A stretch of DNA of 64,000 nucleotides from the NCBI RefSeq assembly GCF_001194135.2, contig NC_068988.1, positions 60,156,892-60,220,891 of the forward strand, given 5' to 3'. Below, piece by piece: positions 50,075 to 61,363 of the stretch. The notes beneath the pieces are model-generated. The model saw only the letters and a list, made by a program, of their open reading frames with translations. It had not been told where the DNA came from and searched no databases. The stretch comes from Octopus bimaculoides (taxonomy: Eukaryota). Position numbers and translations under genes: made by a program. Position 1 is the stretch's first letter. Each line of letters opens with the position of its first letter.

Positions 50075-53000
50075 GTAATTTCGATAAAGTATGATGACCA
50101 GATTAGAAATACAAGGACGAGCATAATAATGATTCTTCGAGAATTTTCTCTTTTTACATTTTAGGTTCTTAGATGACGAAATATCATGGAATGTATTCGT
50201 TTATTGAACCAGTAGGCAATTAGCGTCACAAAATATCAATGATTATATCATTCAATACTCGCCTCCAGCAGTTGAATGTAAAGTTCAATTTTCATACGGT
50301 CAGTATTCAGAGAAGCAATGATTAATGAACAAGATTATAATAATTATACCATTTGCGATACTTTAGAGAAATAATCAACCGTGTTGTATCGCTATTATTG
50401 ATGTGCTTTTGCAACTATTAGCAAGTGCAAATTTATTCGATTAAAGGTGAAACGCCCCTGTTGCACAATAGAAAGGTTTTCTTTCGGTTTGTTACAGAGC
50501 ACAAAAAAGATATCTAGCAGTTTAATTGATGTTACCTTTTCATTTCTTAGCCCACACAATAAATACTTAGTCAAAACTTTTACCAACGATTATGTGGTAT
50601 GACCTGTTAAACAGAAGCGAGCATTCTTAAACGTGTAAGCCATATTTGTGATTGTCCGCGTTGTCATAGAGGTAAACAAGCCCTGCTCATGTTTTACAGT
50701 GTCAAATAACGAAATTGTTGCAAGAAGCCCATCATTTAGATAGCAGACTGGCAGTTTTGATGAGAAGATGTTAGACAATAATATTGAAACCAATAGTTTA
50801 CTACTACGAATTTTATCGCCCACAGAGAGATGAAATGTAAATCTGATTTGGGTGTGAGTGAAATACATAAAATAAAACGAAGGAATAAATACAGCATGGA
50901 ATTTGCATAACAGGCATTCAGACTAACACTAAAATCCATGTGCAGTCGCTATATCAGTTCGTAACAGAAGATATATCATCCACAAATTTAACCCTAGCTA
51001 CCAAGAAGAAGAATAACACATTAAGCAGTTTGATCTCTAATAAACAGCAATACGCGATTTCTGCTGGTGTTTCTTAGAGCTGTATTCTACCGGTGACTAC
51101 AATTTGGTGCAATGATTATAGATGGAAATAAATAGATAAATGCATAAATTTTCCATTTTCTTTTATAGTGTGAAATATTAGATAAGATCACTTCTTAAAA
51201 TGTGTTCATTGCACGATTTTTTATTCAGTAGTTTGAATAAGATAATGCATTAAAATTTATACAAGATGTCGAATTATATTCAATTAATGCAATTTTTTAC
51301 ACTCTCTCGAGATTTAGCACAATGACGATAGTTAAATGTAGATTCTCTGAAGATGACGAACGACCTGAAGAGACATCCTGTGAAGAGTCAAATTTCCATT
51401 ATACCACATCCTGTCGTAAAGGAGAGTAGATTGAGTAGTGTACAAAATAATAACTGGTTGTCGACTGTTGTAATGTTTTTAATCAATGCTCTACTGATTC
51501 AAATCTAACCTGATTTAAAGAACAACAATCAACTATATGTGAAAACTGTTTCAATTGCACGATCTCAGGCGAAAATTCTATGCTATTTTCCTTTCATTTA
51601 GATTGCAAAATTACTGAACGTAGAAAGCGTTTAAATGAAGACGAAGTGAATTTTGAAACTCAAACTCAAAATTATGCAAGATTGGTATTTGAAATCATTT
51701 AGTTTAGAGGGCATTGGCAATTAAAACCTCTACGATTTTGATTTTCTAATAATTGAATATCACACAATGGATATTGTTCTCTTGAATCAATGAAAGGTAA
51801 CGCGTTCTAACTTTGCTACAAAGTTATTGTGGAGATGAAAGCCTTGTTGATTAAATCAGCACAAAATTTTTTCTAATAATATATCATCGTCGGAGTGATA
51901 CAGACACACAGTATTTCACATATATACTATTCAATATCTCTCCCACTACACGACTATGTACTAGGAATTTCAGAAGGTGACATTATCACACGATTCGGAT
52001 ATACTATTTGGCTACACTTTCAATCAGCCCTCTCCCAATTTAGCAAAACAGCTACATCTAAAAAGAATTGTTTGCATTCGTAACTAATGTAGCCAGTACA
52101 TTGCGCATTTCTTCAAAAAGTTGAAATTTAATGGAAAAACCATATCGCTCATCCCCAAGATCCGTCTACTAAAACACCCACTAAAATATCTGTTTCCCGT
52201 AATATCACATTATAGCTAGACCACTACAACCGCCATTCGAAATGCCATTTTCAGAGAGGGGTCAATCATACATACGGCCCATTCTGGAATCACGTTAAGG
52301 TTTTACCTGGCCAAGTAATATCCCCAGGACACAAACCTGTTTACTAGCAAACTGCCCGATGTGTGACACGAATATATATCAATGTATATATGTAATGCAC
52401 CAAGATAAATGCAAGGAGTTAGGTGATCAGTTTAGCAACTGTGCAATCCAGAAACTTCACAGGTTAAGGGACATACACATGCATGCTTAATTAGGGAACA
52501 ACTCAACAAATACCGCCACTGGATGCAAGAATAGCTATTTTAGCTACTGGGAATTTGAGAAACAAAAGGACTTTGCTAACTAAGCGATATGACTAAAAAG
52601 AGAATCGAACTGCAGAGTCTGAACTAGTTTTCTAACTACCTCACTCTACGTGCCTTTCACCTTCTCATTTTGAATCTCATTGCTCACTAAAATTCACCGG
52701 ATCACTAAAAGGAATTTTTCTCTATCTTAACCACATTTTAGAAGCTACGAGTTTTTTAAATAAAACATTTCCCAAAACATATTGCCTACTGAATAATCTT
52801 AAAGTTTATCCACTGTCCAGTATAATTTCCATTCACAAAACAGTACTTATTATGCCACGACATCTGCTATCGCTGCTATTACCACATCCTTCTACACATT
52901 GATACTGCATGATTAAGCAATCACCAATGTAAATATATACGTCACGGATCATTTCTGTCACAAGACCATAAAAATGTCTTTCCGGTGTAAAGATTGTTCA

Positions 53001-53239
53001 TTCTTCTTTTCCAAAACGAAGACTTTCTTTCGAAATATAGGTTCAAGATAATTATCTACTGTAATACAATATTTGATATCTTTGTTTTCATTTATTGGCA
53101 TTACCGCATTACCATATACCATTTACATAACATAGCACTTGCATTTCTCAAACAATTTTCAAGTGTATATATTATTATCATTATTGCTGTTGTTGTTTAT
53201 GCTGTTGTTGTTGCTGTTATTATTATTGTTATTATTATT

Positions 53240-53898
53240 CAGTAGTGTTATTTTTATCACGTGCTTTCACTTCACTGCCGAGCACAGCTCTTTGTCCCTT
53301 GGGTATGTGCTGTGGTTTGTTGTGATGCTTTTAATTTTACTGTTTTTAAAGTGTTTTATGTCGGATGTGTGCGGTCCTAGCAGTGCTATTTTCTGTATGT
53401 TATATATACCTATTAGTCCTGGTGTATTTGTTATGCATTTTTATCATACCTAATGCACTTACTATGATAGGAATTGTTTCTGTTTTTAAGCTCCACATTC
53501 CAGTTGCCTCTTTTTCCAGATCTTTGTATTTTCTCCGTTTCTTTTAGAGAAACAGTGTCATCCGTTGGTATTGATACATCGATTAGAAAGCATTTTTTCT
53601 TTTTCTTGAACATCTCTAACAACTATATCCGGCCTTTTGGCCTTAATTTCTCTATTGTGTGTATTAGCATATCCCAGAGTATGGTTATTTTTTTCATTTT
53701 CTGCGAACTTTTCTAGCGTGTGTGTATACCATCTTTTTCTGTTGTTATTCCATAGTGTTGATATAGCTTCCAGTGAACATAGATCCCAATGTTGTCGTGC
53801 CTGTGAATATATTCCTTCTTAGCCAGAAACAATAGGATTTATGGTTTCTTCCCCATACCCACATATTCTGCAGTTACTTGCATTTTTTTCCTTACATG

Positions 53899-53899
<1 letters not shown>
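53240..53899 (-). mobile_element. R4/Dong LINE C-terminal fragment (CCHC plus RLE), subfamily 2
   Basis: CRICGYGEETINPIVSG, EYIHRHDNIGIYVHWKL, TILWD, RPDIV-like motif, CFLIDVSIPTD, TETIPIIVSALG. ATT tracts on both sides. Confidence 0.92.
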
Positions 53900-53959
<60 letters not shown>

Positions 53960-53969
53960 CATCATCATT

Positions 53970-54010
<41 letters not shown>

Positions 54011-54040
54011 TATTATTATTATTACTACTACTACTACTAC

Positions 54041-54078
<38 letters not shown>
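53900..54078. repeat. compound (ATT)n(ATC)n(ACT)n(ATT)n microsatellite
   Basis: Direct reading. Confidence 0.97.
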
Positions 54079-54079
<1 letters not shown>

Positions 54080-56884
54080 GGCCGCCATACTGTGAAGTCA
54101 TGGAAATTCGGTGCTCCGTAAGTTGAAAAGGTGTTTGTAATTATTTTAGCATTCTAAGGCTCTGTTTCTTTTCATTTTTATTTTTACCATTACATGTCTG
54201 AGATTTTCTGGTCTGCGCAGATACTACTTTTGCGTAGAAACATTTGCTTTGCAGAGAGTGCACTTAGATAACTTTCGAATTTTAACAACTTTCGGCAAAA
54301 ACAAATATTTTGCAATTTTCTCTTATTTTTAAAGATGACTGATAAAGAAGCCATTATAATGTTGGACAAAGAAACGCGCTTCTAGTCGGGGGTAGCTGAG
54401 AACAAAGAAAGCATTGAGAATATCAATATAGAAGAGCCTAAACTTAACGTCACCGAGGCGAAAAAATTTCGTCTCTAAGCACCGTCAAAACTTTCGGTGT
54501 CGACTACGAGAACAACGGCAACAGCAGCAGCAGCAACAACAACAACAATCACAATAACAACAACAACAACAATAACAGCAACAATAACAGGACAAGAAAG
54601 GAAACACACAAATGCAAATATCGCCTCTGCGTCATTTGCGTCGGCGGCGAGAAATGTAGTAAGTTTCCACATAGATGAAGAATTAAAATTGGCAAGAAAC
54701 ATTGTAAAAAGGGATGGGAGAAAGTTAGCTCTAAACTTTCCATCCGAATTGATTGAAAATATCGCAAGATGCACGGTAACATACCCCAGCATCGGAGTCA
54801 AGTCTTGGCAGGTGGAAAGCGAAGTACAAAATGCCTTGGACGCGTGTGGGAACAGAAGACCCACATCACCCGAGTAAAGAAGTTTGGAACCATCGAACTG
54901 AGGTTTGGGACGGTAGAAGCTAGATGTAATTCCGCAGCCACTTTGAGGAATGACGACTTTTTTTAATTCCCAACTATTGCAGCCAACGTCTTGCTAAGAT
55001 TAGGGTGCTGAATGTACCATCAGAAATATCCATTACCTGGTTAGTGGCGGCCGTCTTTGCAGGTTTAGAAGACGAAGAAGTCACAATACTGGGGGGGGGG
55101 GTCAAGAAACTACCTAAGCAAAACCGGTTAGTTAAAGGTATGGAACTGACCGTGCAATGCAAGCAGGATCGTATCAACCAGCTACCCGATCTAATCAATC
55201 TCCCGGATGGTACTCACCTGTCAGTGTTCGTGAACACCCGGTCTTCTTGAAAACCAAGGTGAGCAACGTCATTTTCTTTCTCCTACTAGCATGGCTGTGC
55301 TGACAATGGTGTGTCCGAATGGGCAAGGCCTTGTATCAGCTTGGAAGCGAGGTTTTTGCTCAATTATCTAGAGTGACTTGATTTGGATGTAACTGCCATT
55401 ATTGAAACAAGGATCTCCAGAAAACACGCTCTAGCATCCATTTTCGAGAACTACGAGGTATTCTCTTTCTTGTGGTCTATCGAGAGCGGGTGGCAGTGTA
55501 GCCGTGCTACTCCGGAAATCTTCAGTTCGCCAAGTTCGGGTTATCTTCCTGGACCCGGATGGTAGGGTGATGGTCCTTAACGGGAGCGGCAGCAAAGGTG
55601 ACGCCATAGACTGGTGGCGGTTTATCCCCCCAACAGTACTAATGGAGGACTGGAATAGTGTTTTGGGCGCACGGAAGGACTGAGTAGGTTTAATACATAG
55701 CAGAAGGAGGTGTAAATGCCTCGAAAACCTGCTCAGGACTTTCCGGCTATCAGACAGGTACCGACTGGATTTGCCTGATATGCCAGTGTGGACATGGAGC
55801 AACCACAGCGCGTGATCCGGATCGTACTTAGACAGAGTATTTGTTAGATCAGAGGATAGGCATTGCATAATTTGTATAAACTTTAAATTAGTCGGCCATA
55901 CATATCACAAATTTGTGATATTCTCAGTCGGTTAAGATGAAACCCGTAGACAGGGCTCTGTTACTGGATGTTGAAAGCGTCCTTATTGGCTTCCAAAGAC
56001 TACAGTGACCGGGTTAGCGAACTATTTAAGCGGCAGTTGACGGGGGCTATTGTCAACAACCGGTGATCAGAGCGATTACAGTAGAATCGATAGCATTTAG
56101 CAAAAATTTAGCAATATAAAGAAATAGATTAGAGTGTGAACTAGTTAGCTAACTAGAAGATGATATTCGTGAAGGCAGCGCGACCGACGTGTTAGCGTTG
56201 AGAATGGCCCTTAACCATTTCATTGGAAGGTGAGTTGTCAGAGCTAATACCCATGCGCTAAAACAGGTAGAAACTAAAGCCGTCTGATGGGCCCGAACGG
56301 TAGATACGCGACGTGAAAACAAACAACGATCAACGTATCGGAACAGCCGCGTCCTACTCAGTTCTGAGTAGTTGCTTGCGGCTTCCCAGCAGCACTTGGC
56401 ACAGCTGTTTGTGGAGAGTGATGTGTGTGTCGACGACGGTATCGAAAACGTTCTGCATGCACTCATACAGTGTCTTACTGACTTGTGGAGTAATGTCGAA
56501 CGGCTGCCGTCGCGTGTAGGACAGATCCGTCTTTTGTCCGATTCCATAATTATGATTACCTCGCTGCCCTCCTTTATTTTCTTCTGTAAAGCCCTCATCG
56601 ACATTTTCAACTTTCACCTCAGAAGGAAAAATGAGGGTAGAGCTGGAGGTGCTTTCGTCCTTGGTATTCAGAGTGATATTGGACGGTGGGGTTCCTTGAT
56701 TATCCCTAGAAGTCCTCCTGAAGCAGGAGTTTTCTGATAACGATCCCTTTTTGCTCTCTTTTTCTAGTGACATACCGTGTATGCTTTTCATTTTATCATT
56801 CCATTATATATTAAACACCCACACTTTACGTTTATCTTTGTATTGTCCCACTCATGCTTCGCCCTGGTGGCAAATGAAAGAAAC
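54080..56884 (+). mobile_element. L1/Tx1-clade LINE with 5' UTR, ORF1, APE endonuclease and C-terminal domain, RT deleted
   Basis: ORF1 from ATG 54335 (in frame with ORF 54497, premature stops) to about 55250. ORF2 shows NGQGL..DVTAIIETR, RLVAVY.PN, EDWNSVL (55642), WTWSN (55789) and SYLDRVFV, then directly ENVLHALIQC..FHLRRK. Flanked by (ATT)n-type tracts. Confidence 0.85.
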
Positions 56885-56919
56885 TATTGTTATTATTACT
56901 ACTGTTGTTGTTGTTGTTG

Positions 56920-56950
<31 letters not shown>

Positions 56951-57139
56951 CATTCAAATGTCAATAATTCTGTCATTCCTCAGTTGTTTCAGTCGTTGCA
57001 TACTTTGATGTAATTGAACCATAAAGGAACCTTATGCTCGCCCAAGCGTCTGGCTTTGTCCATTTTTACTCATACGTGTATTCAAGAAATTATTAACAAT
57101 AAGCATAAGATGGCTGGATGTTTGAAAATTTTACATCAC

Positions 57140-57420
57140 AATTACTCGGCTCCAATGTGCAGTAGCTTAGCTAAATGACTTCTATAGAAGTGGGTTGACC
57201 TATTTCCTGTAGATGGAAATTGGAAAAACCAGAGTATGTGTGTGTGTGGATATGTGCCTCTGTATGTGTGAGTGTGTGTGCATAAGTGTGTGTATATGTT
57301 TATATATGAGTGTATGCCCGTGCGTGTATGTGTGTGTATGTGTGTTTGCATGTGTGTGTACGTGTGTATCTTTCGCCGATGTTTATCAGTTAACGCCTAA
57401 AGATCGGTGACGAAAGGAGA
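57140..57420 (+). mobile_element. SINE family A, highly degenerate
   Basis: TAGATGGAAATTGGAAAAACC, internal TG tract, CCGATGTTTATC..GGTGACGAAAGGAG. Confidence 0.35.
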
Positions 57421-57619
57421 AATTTCTTGAAGGAAGTACTTTTCAGTTACGCATCATGCATCAAGCTACAGAAACTGCTATGTCTGTACTACCAACGAAA
57501 AACAAATAAGAATGCAACACACGCACACAAACACGACCATACATCTCTTTTATTTTTCTTATCTTCTGTTGCTTCAGTGAATCGACTTTGAACATGTTTG
57601 ATCAAATGTTTTACGATTT

Positions 57620-57778
57620 CATTTCCAAATGCTTAGCGGTATTTCGTCCAGATTTAAAACGGCCAGGTCAACTTTGTTTTCATCCTTTTGGGGTCAATGA
57701 AACAAGTACCAGTTACACACTGGAGTCGATAGCTTACTCACCCACAAACTTTCAGACCTTGTATCTATAGTAGAAAGG

Positions 57779-57835
<57 letters not shown>

Positions 57836-57836
57836 T
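57620..57836 (+). mobile_element. SINE family B, 5'-truncated, with long (ATT)n tail
   Basis: AAATGCTTAGCGGTATTTCGTCC..CATCCTTTTGGGGTCAATGAAACAAGTACCAG..TAGTAGAAAGG, then (ATT)n at 57779-57836. Confidence 0.75.
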
Positions 57837-58150
57837 TGGTTTGGTTCAAGTTAGTTCTTATTCCCGGTAGGATTTATGTGGGTAACATTTTATTACTAGT
57901 AGCCTTACGTATCCACAAGTTTTCAGCAGTCTTTCAAGTCCTTAGAACACCTTGGTAGTCGTTGCTGTCCCTAAAAGACAAACTTTCTGTTGGAGCTCTA
58001 CCGGGCATCCTATTTCGAACTCCTCCAACCATTTTCTATATCTTTGCTTACTGTTCCCAACACACTCTTTACTATAGGTACGAACTTTACTGTCCGTACG
58101 CTCGAAATTCTTCTTATTTCGAATTTTAAGGGATTATATTTTAACGGATT
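57837..58150 (-). mobile_element. R4/Dong LINE 3' end, subfamily 4
   Basis: Minus strand: KYNPLKFEIRRI.SVRTVKFVPIV..VLGTVSKDIE..QQKVCLLGTAT; ends at (AAT)n. Confidence 0.8.
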
Positions 58151-59089
58151 GTACAAATATACGAAGCCCAATGTACCCATCATGACTACCCGTTTGATAA
58201 ACATATACTAGGCACATGCATCACAACCATACGTGAGCGACATGATGACCTACCTTATATCAAGATGAAAAGTGAATGACTTAGCAGGTGAGGTTCAGTT
58301 AAAACTTTCCTCCGGTCACGTAGCCCATCCTACTCAAAAGGGTCATGAATAAGGTTTGTTTAAGGATGAAGAATAAAACAGCCATGTTTCCAAAGGTAAA
58401 TTATTCAAATTTCAAAGAATTCCCCTCAATACATGGCTATGATGCTCCCTCATTACTCTTACTCGTGATCAGAGATGTACATATCATCAGCCACTTATGG
58501 ACATGTTCATTTGCTTGAGGTCAAGCAACTGACAAACAAAACTGTGGTATTGAGCAGAATATTCTCTGTAGCGCATCTTTTACATCAAAACAAAACATAT
58601 ACATGATAACACTTCCAATCAGTTAAAATGAGCAGCCATGAGATCCACTGCCTGGAATTGATTCAGGGCATATCATTATTATTGTTGATACGATAAACTG
58701 TCTCCTTACGTTAACATACGTTCCATTTACATTACTTATGAAATACAAAGTTGTAATACTCCTCTTACATTGAGTATCATCGTATATATTCACCTGATTA
58801 TAAGTTGCTTTGCAATTTAATATAAAGTTGTTATCATCATTTTATAAACTACTGCGATGAGCATAATCGTTATGCCTATTGTTAGTATTCAAGCAGCGGC
58901 CACTGTAATTACGTATACTCAACTTAATAATTGTTCTATCAATGGAGGGTGTTCTTAAATCGCAGCTAGATCTTCACTATGACAGAAGCTGCCTCTTGTA
59001 ATATCAGGATGGTTACTAGTCGGCACGCTAGAGCATGATCGTTACTCTCGTCTCCGTGTTACAAATAGATGCAGTATTGTGGTACTTAT

Positions 59090-59450
59090 TTAATCTTATC
59101 AACCCAACGGCTCAAACGAAGGCTTCACTCTAAAATGCAACAGTTCCCTTGAATATTTGTAGCTAAACGCATGGATATCTGGGAAGAAACACTGTTCATC
59201 ATTGACCAAATAGAGATGATTTCTGAGTACTCATTGTGCTTATGATATAACCTATACAAGCCAGAATGGAGATCGAACGTGGCATCTAGGAAAGTATCTA
59301 CATTTTTATTAATACGACTAACCATTGGCATGGGCAGGTCACCGTTTTGATACGTGCTCCCCAGCATTGGGATTTCTGCATTTTCAGACATTGGGGTTTC
59401 ATCGTAGCATTAAGCAATTGCTATCATGATCACCGCGCAGCAGCCGCAGG
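59090..59450 (-). mobile_element. PLE reverse-transcriptase C-terminal fragment (Hydra-clade-like)
   Basis: ORF 59125-59391: INKNVDTFLDATFDLHSGLYRLYHKHNE..ISIWS....SQISMRLATN matches the PLE FLDxTFDL..Y..Y.KPN..SNHP thumb region. Confidence 0.7.
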
Positions 59451-59515
59451 GCTTGCACTGAGTTCTGATTCATTCTTTGCATCCGATATGCGTGTGTTTG
59501 TGAGTGTTTTGTGTG

Positions 59516-59556
<41 letters not shown>

Positions 59557-60087
59557 TGTGTCTGTGATGCGTAACTACACCTACTGCTGCTTATTGTTGT
59601 TTAAGTAGTAAGAGTGAGAGAGAGAGAGTGTGTGTGTAACTACTATGAGATGACAGAGAGGGTGAAAAAACATTTTTANNNNNNNNNNNNNNNNNNNNNN
59701 NNNNNNNNNNNNNNNNNNNNNNNNNNNNNNNNNNNNNNNNNNNNNNNNNNNNNNNNNNNNNNNNNNNNNNNNNNNNNNNNNNNNNNNNNNNNNNNNNNNN
59801 NNNNNNNNNNNNNNNNNNATATATATATATATATATATATATACGTATAAATATGTACATACATATGTGTATATATAAATGGGCGGGTGAGCATATGTAT
59901 ATACTTGCATGTGTGTATGTTTGTGTATTTGTGTATGTATGCATGTATGTATACATGTACGCATGTACATATGCATGTATGTATAGGTTTCGAGTGACGT
60001 ACATATTCTATATATTATAGAAAAGGAAGTATTATAGTTACGGCTTCGGTTTTTTTAAAAATCATCTATTTAGCGCTTTTGTCCCTT

Positions 60088-60345
60088 CTAGGGATTCACA
60101 TGAATGATTTGTTGGAGAAAATTCATAACTACTATACGTATCCGAGTTAGTTCAAAACTCACATGCATATAAAGCAAATGAATTTTCTTTAAGATAGTCA
60201 TGTTGAATCCATGAAAGTGATGAAAACGGTATATAAATAGTTTTTTATCCAAATCCCGTCTACACTCACGAGGAAATTCGAATAACCTGAAGATTTCTCT
60301 ACAACTCATGGTTAGCAACTTGAATAGGTATGAATGCAAATACAG
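60088..60345 (-). mobile_element. possible PLE endonuclease C-terminus remnant
   Basis: RECRRDLDKKLFIYRFH.FHGFN resembles the R..E..FIY.F.T..P.G.N terminal motif. Weak. Confidence 0.3.
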
Positions 60346-60849
60346 ATCCAATTTGAGAGAGTGGAACAGGTAAAGTCCATGTTACATATGTTTCCTCGCT
60401 GGTAGATCCACTTAACTATGTCAACGGTAAACCGTTTACTGTGAACATAGTCAAGTTGCATCTCTTAATATGTATTACCACCTTTATTTCCTCTTACATT
60501 CAGCAACTATCTACATAACCCATCTCTTTCTACCCATCTCTGTTCTTGATTCGCTACAACTTTATATCATTCAGCTCCAAAATATTTGACCGCTTCCTTC
60601 CCTTTTTCTTACTAATTGCTAATTTTATTTCTTCAAACATGTTTTTCTTGTTTTTGTCTGCTTCTTTCGGCTTCACTACTCATTTCAATTTATATTTACG
60701 GTGTGTTAACTTAGGTATCCCAAACTACTATGTAACTTTCATATATGTAAGTTATGCTTGGCCTGCTGAATAACCCACGTCGAAGGTCTGTTAGCCAGGG
60801 AAAATATGTTGCCTGGATTTCACCTGTTTCACTTCACCTCAATTCCGAC

Positions 60850-60895
<46 letters not shown>

Positions 60896-61325
60896 NNNNN
60901 NNNNNNNNNNNNNNNNNNNNNNNNNNNNNNNNNNNNNNNNNNNNNNNNNNNNNNNNNNNNNNNNNNNNNNNNNNNNNNNNNNNNNNNNNNNNNNNNNNNN
61001 NNNNNNNNNNNNNNNNNNNNNNNNNNNNNNNNNNNNNNNNNNNNNNNNNNNNNNNNNNNNNNNNNNNNNNNNNNNNNNNNNNNNNNNNNNNNNNNNNNNN
61101 NNNNNNNNNNNNNNNNNNNNNNNNNNNNNNNNNNNNNNNNNNNNNNNNNNNNNNNNNNNNNNNNNNNNNNNNNNNNNNNNNNNNNNNNNNNNNNNNNNNN
61201 NNNNNNNNNNNNNNNNNNNNNNNNNNNNNNNNNNNNNNNNNNNNNNNNNNNATATATATATATATATACATATACGGAAAAAAAGTCTAGGGAGAAAATG
61301 CTAAAATAATTTTATAAAAAACATT

Positions 61326-61363
61326 GCAGTACCGGTTTCACTCATTGAGACTTTTTCAACTAT
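61326..61363 (-). ncRNA. decayed minimal type I hammerhead motif (PLE pLTR type)
   Basis: Minus strand: ATAG TTGAAAA AGTCTCAATGAGT GAAA CCGG TA CTGC. The GAAACCGGTA signature is intact, but the CTGANGA box carries two substitutions. Confidence 0.4.
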
